64,000 bases of DNA from Alphaproteobacteria bacterium. GTDB taxonomy: Bacteria > Pseudomonadota > Alphaproteobacteria > RS24. Location: positions 660 through 64,659 of the forward strand of contig JAKMDW010000075.1 in NCBI GenBank assembly GCA_022426245.1, in the 5' to 3' direction. The notes below the pieces were generated by a model. That model was not told the DNA's origin. It did no database searches and saw nothing but the letters and a program-made list of their open reading frames with translations. Position 1 is the first letter of the stretch. Every line of letters starts with the position of its first letter. Below are positions 60,727 through 64,000 of the stretch, piece after piece. The position numbers and the translations under genes were made by a program.

Positions 60727-60946
60727 GGTGTTTCCCTTCACCGATAAGTTTAGGCATTTTTTGCGCTCTATGAGAAGCCATTTGCGCAAATTTAGGCGCT
60801 TGAAAAAGCAGTTTTTAACCATCAACAAAAATGTGGCAGCCATGCGGCACGGCGATGGTTGCTAAACTTGCACTGGCGCGCCGTGTCGCCTAATGTGCAG
60901 CATCTGCACCACACAAGGATTTGGGTGTCACGGGGAGGTTTTTATC

Positions 60947-62548
60947 ATGCAGCAGACCGGCTTTCACATGAGCAAAAAGGGCGTTGACCAGCAGGGTTTG
61001 GGTGACGCGGCCGCTATTTATTGGAATTTGCGGCCATCAGAGATTTACGAAATGGCACTGGCGCGCGGCGAAGGCGAGATTGCTTCAGGCGGCGCGTTGC
61101 TGGTAAAAACAGGCGCTCATACGGGCCGTTCGGCGCAGGATAAATTCATTGTCCGCGACGCCACCACAGAAGACACGATCTGGTGGGACAATAATAAGTC
61201 CATGACATCAGAACAGTTCGATGCCTTGCATGAAGACATGCTGGCCTATGCCGGTGGCAAAGAGTTGCTGGTGCAAGACTTGTTTGGCGGCGCCGACACG
61301 ACCCATCGCTTGGCGACCCGCGTGATCACCGAATTGGCTTGGCACTCATTATTTATTCAAAACCTGTTGATTGAGCCGGAAAAACCGGAGCTTGACGGTT
61401 TTGACCCTGAATTCGTGATTATGAATTTCCCCGGCTTTAAAGCCGATACGGCACGCCATGGCAGCCGCACAGAGACCATGATTGCGGTAAATTTTGACAA
61501 GAAAATCGTTTTGATTTGCGGCACATCTTACGCCGGTGAGACCAAAAAATCGGTTTTCTCAATGCTCAATTATACCCTGCCCGCCAAACGCGTTATGCCG
61601 ATGCACTGCTCGGTCAATGTTGGTGATGATGGCGACAGCGCGGTTTTCTTTGGCCTGTCAGGCACAGGCAAAACAACGCTTTCTGCCGATCCGAATCGCG
61701 AGCTTGTCGGTGATGACGAGCATGGCTGGTCGGAAAACGGCGTGTTTAACTTTGAAGGCGGCTGCTACGCCAAAATGATTAATCTGTCGGAAGAAGCCGA
61801 GCCGGAAATTTTCGCCACCACCAAGCGTTTCGGCACAGTGCTGGAAAATGTGGTGATGGACCCGGTCACGCGCGAGCTTGATTTCGATGATAATACGCTG
61901 GCCGAAAACTCACGCGGTGCTTATCCGCTGCGCTTTATTCCTAATGCATCTGCCACCGGCACGGCCGGTCACCCGAAAAGCATTATCATGCTGACGGCGG
62001 ATGCGTTTGGCGTTCTGCCTCCGATTTCTCGCCTGACACCAAGCCAGGCCATGTATCACTTCCTGTCCGGCTATACGGCGAAAGTGGCCGGCACGGAAAA
62101 AGGTGTTACCGAGCCGGAAGCAACTTTCTCGACTTGTTTTGGTGCGCCGTTTATGCCGCGTCACCCGTCAGAATATGGCAATTTGCTGCGTGACCTCATC
62201 GCCGAGCATGATGCCAAATGCTGGTTGGTCAATACCGGTTGGACCGGCGGTGCCTATGGCATTGGCAATCGCATGCCGATTAAGGAAACCCGGGCGCTTT
62301 TGTCTGCCGCGCTGGATGGCAGCCTCAACGATGTTGAGTTCCGCACCGACGCCAATTTCGGCTTTGATGTGCCGGTGGCTGTGCCGGGCGTTGATAGCTC
62401 AATCCTCAACCCGCGCGACACATGGGCCGATAAAGACGGTTATGACGCACAGGCCGCCAAGCTGGTTGGCATGTTTGTCGATAATTTCGCTAAATTCATC
62501 GAACATGTCGATGATAATGTCAAAGCGGCGGCTTTAGCGGCTGAATGA
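60947..62548 (+). CDS. pckA: Phosphoenolpyruvate carboxykinase (ATP)
   Basis: [40 protein letters not shown]; ATG 60947 after GGGGAGG. Confidence 0.98.
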   Translation: MQQTGFHMSKKGVDQQGLGDAAAIYWNLRPSEIYEMALARGEGEIASGGALLVKTGAHTGRSAQDKFIVRDATTEDTIWWDNNKSMTSEQFDALHEDMLAYAGGKELLVQDLFGGADTTHRLATRVITELAWHSLFIQNLLIEPEKPELDGFDPEFVIMNFPGFKADTARHGSRTETMIAVNFDKKIVLICGTSYAGETKKSVFSMLNYTLPAKRVMPMHCSVNVGDDGDSAVFFGLSGTGKTTLSADPNRELVGDDEHGWSENGVFNFEGGCYAKMINLSEEAEPEIFATTKRFGTVLENVVMDPVTRELDFDDNTLAENSRGAYPLRFIPNASATGTAGHPKSIIMLTADAFGVLPPISRLTPSQAMYHFLSGYTAKVAGTEKGVTEPEATFSTCFGAPFMPRHPSEYGNLLRDLIAEHDAKCWLVNTGWTGGAYGIGNRMPIKETRALLSAALDGSLNDVEFRTDANFGFDVPVAVPGVDSSILNPRDTWADKDGYDAQAAKLVGMFVDNFAKFIEHVDDNVKAAALAAE

Positions 62549-62599
62549 CGAGAGGCGTCCGCTTGCCACATGGCAAGCCCGCAATGTCGGTTTGAATAG

Positions 62600-62626
62600 A
62601 AAAGGCGGGTTTTCCCCGCCTTTTTT
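62600..62626. terminator. Bidirectional intrinsic terminator between pckA and polA
   Basis: AAAAGGCGGG ttttc CCCGCC TTTTTT. Confidence 0.85.
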
Positions 62627-62670
62627 GTTTTTTAGTTAAATAATAATATTAATAAAAATTAATAATACTA

Positions 62671-64000
62671 TTAATGTGCTTCTTCCCAATTATTTGCGGC
62701 TTGAGCTTCTACCAAAAGCGGCACGGAAAGCGTCAGACGCGGCGCGCAGGCGCCTTCCATTGTGGTTTTCACCGTTTCGATCAGTTTTTCGCAAGTATTC
62801 GCCGGTGCTTCAAAAATCAGCTCATCATGCACTTGCAGCAGCATTTTTGCCTCATTCAGACCGGCATTTTCCAGCGCGCTTGGCATTTGTATCATGGCGC
62901 GGCGGATGATGTCGGCCGCCGTGCCTTGTATCGGCGCATTAATGGCGGCGCGTTCGGCAAACGCTTTGCGGGCCGGAATCTTGGCGTTGATTTCCGGCAC
63001 ATGCACCTTGCGGCCAAACAGGGTGGAGACATAGCCAAGCGCTTTCGCCTCGGCTTTCACATGTTCCATATAATCTTTAATGCCGGGGAATTTTTCAAAA
63101 TAAGCTTTGATGTAATCGCCCGCTTCCCCGCGCGATATGCCCAATTGATTGGCCAGCCCGAAAGCCGAAATGCCGTAAATAATGCCGAAATTAATCGCTT
63201 TGGCGCGGCGGCGCACTTCCGACGTCATCTCGGCCATCGGCACATTAAACATTTCCGACGCGGTCATGGCGTGAATATCATCGCCGTTCAAGAACGCATC
63301 TTTCAGCGCGGCAATATCGGCCATATGCGCCAAGACGCGCAATTCAATCTGGCTGTAATCAGCACTGACCAGTTGATGCCCGTCCGCCGCCACAAACGCC
63401 GTGCGAATACGCCGCCCGTCTTCGGTGCGTATCGGAATATTTTGCAAATTCGGCTCAGATGACGACAAGCGGCCGGTCGTCGTCGCGGCCAAAGAATAAG
63501 AGGTGTGAATACGCTGCGTATCGGGATTGATAAACTCCGGAAGCGCGTCGGTATAGGTCGATTTCAACTTGGCCAGCCCGCGCCAATCGAGCACCAGCCG
63601 TGCCAAAGACACGCCCTTGGCGCCGCCGCCCTCGGCGACAATACCCTCCAGCACATCGGCACCCGTGCCCCAGGCGCCGGTTTTGGTTTTCTTGCCGCCT
63701 GGCAGCCCCATTTTATCGAATAATATCTCGCCCAATTGCTTGGGGCTGGCAATGTTAAAGCTTTCGCCCGCTGTTTCAAAAATCTCTGCTTCCATCGACG
63801 CCATTTTCTGTGCGAACTCGCCCGACAGGCGCGACAAGACCGTCCGATCGACCGCAACGCCCTCGGCTTCCATTGCGCGCAACACTCCGACCAAAGGCCG
63901 CTCCGTGGCTTCATAAACCCCCACCATATGCTCGGCGACGAGGCGCGGTTGCAAATATTTATACAGCCGCAGCGTCACATCGGCATCCTCAGCCGCATAG
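62671..64000 (-). CDS. polA: DNA polymerase I, C-terminal polymerase domain (gene starts outside the window)
   Basis: TGRLSS.EPNLQNIP, DYSQIELR, KAINFGIIYG, NAPIQG, QVHDEL. Confidence 0.98.
   Translation of the reverse strand, partial: YAAEDADVTLRLYKYLQPRLVAEHMVGVYEATERPLVGVLRAMEAEGVAVDRTVLSRLSGEFAQKMASMEAEIFETAGESFNIASPKQLGEILFDKMGLPGGKKTKTGAWGTGADVLEGIVAEGGGAKGVSLARLVLDWRGLAKLKSTYTDALPEFINPDTQRIHTSYSLAATTTGRLSSSEPNLQNIPIRTEDGRRIRTAFVAADGHQLVSADYSQIELRVLAHMADIAALKDAFLNGDDIHAMTASEMFNVPMAEMTSEVRRRAKAINFGIIYGISAFGLANQLGISRGEAGDYIKAYFEKFPGIKDYMEHVKAEAKALGYVSTLFGRKVHVPEINAKIPARKAFAERAAINAPIQGTAADIIRRAMIQMPSALENAGLNEAKMLLQVHDELIFEAPANTCEKLIETVKTTMEGACAPRLTLSVPLLVEAQAANNWEEAH

Noticed and set aside
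62636-62674. CtrA box among the TTAA repeats
   Set aside because: Spacings are N9, N6 and N8, not the required TTAA-N7-TTAA.

Overview
Core chromosomal segment of a free-living alphaproteobacterium with moderate-to-high GC. Gene order and protein types suggest a streamlined marine Rhizobiales/Parvibaculales-like lineage; this is inferred, not searched. Most of the window is conserved housekeeping synteny: ubiB-ubiE / mutM-echA-rpsT-dnaA-dnaN-recF-gyrB, PBP1A, senC-regB-regA-mmcB, rnd-lptCAB-hpf, tRNA-Ala(GGC), aroA-cmk-rpsA-ihfB-pyrF-trpFBA-accD-folC, trxA-addAB-murU-tsaE/amgK-ahcY-HPr-EIIA-hprK-chvGI, pckA and the 3' end of polA. An accessory block at about 17-31 kb carries lipid-catabolism and transport genes. 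No mobile element, prophage or CRISPR array was seen. The most striking system is at 27.5-28.9 kb (minus strand). A small, apparently leaderless, signal-peptide-bearing Cys/His-containing ORF ends in an RGPP ribosome-arrest motif. Its last codons base-pair with and hide the Shine-Dalgarno of the next gene, a Met/His-rich small outer-membrane beta-barrel. This looks like a CruR/CutF-type metal (probably copper)-sensing arrest-peptide switch controlling a non-TonB-type channel. Other points: a perfect SahR-type palindrome before ahcY, a RegB with HQ instead of HE at the phospho-His, no kdsD/rpoN/ptsN in the lpt locus, an orphan RND permease with apparent extra periplasmic inserts, a long structured dnaA leader, several apparently leaderless promoters, and recurrent short tandem duplications at gene boundaries.
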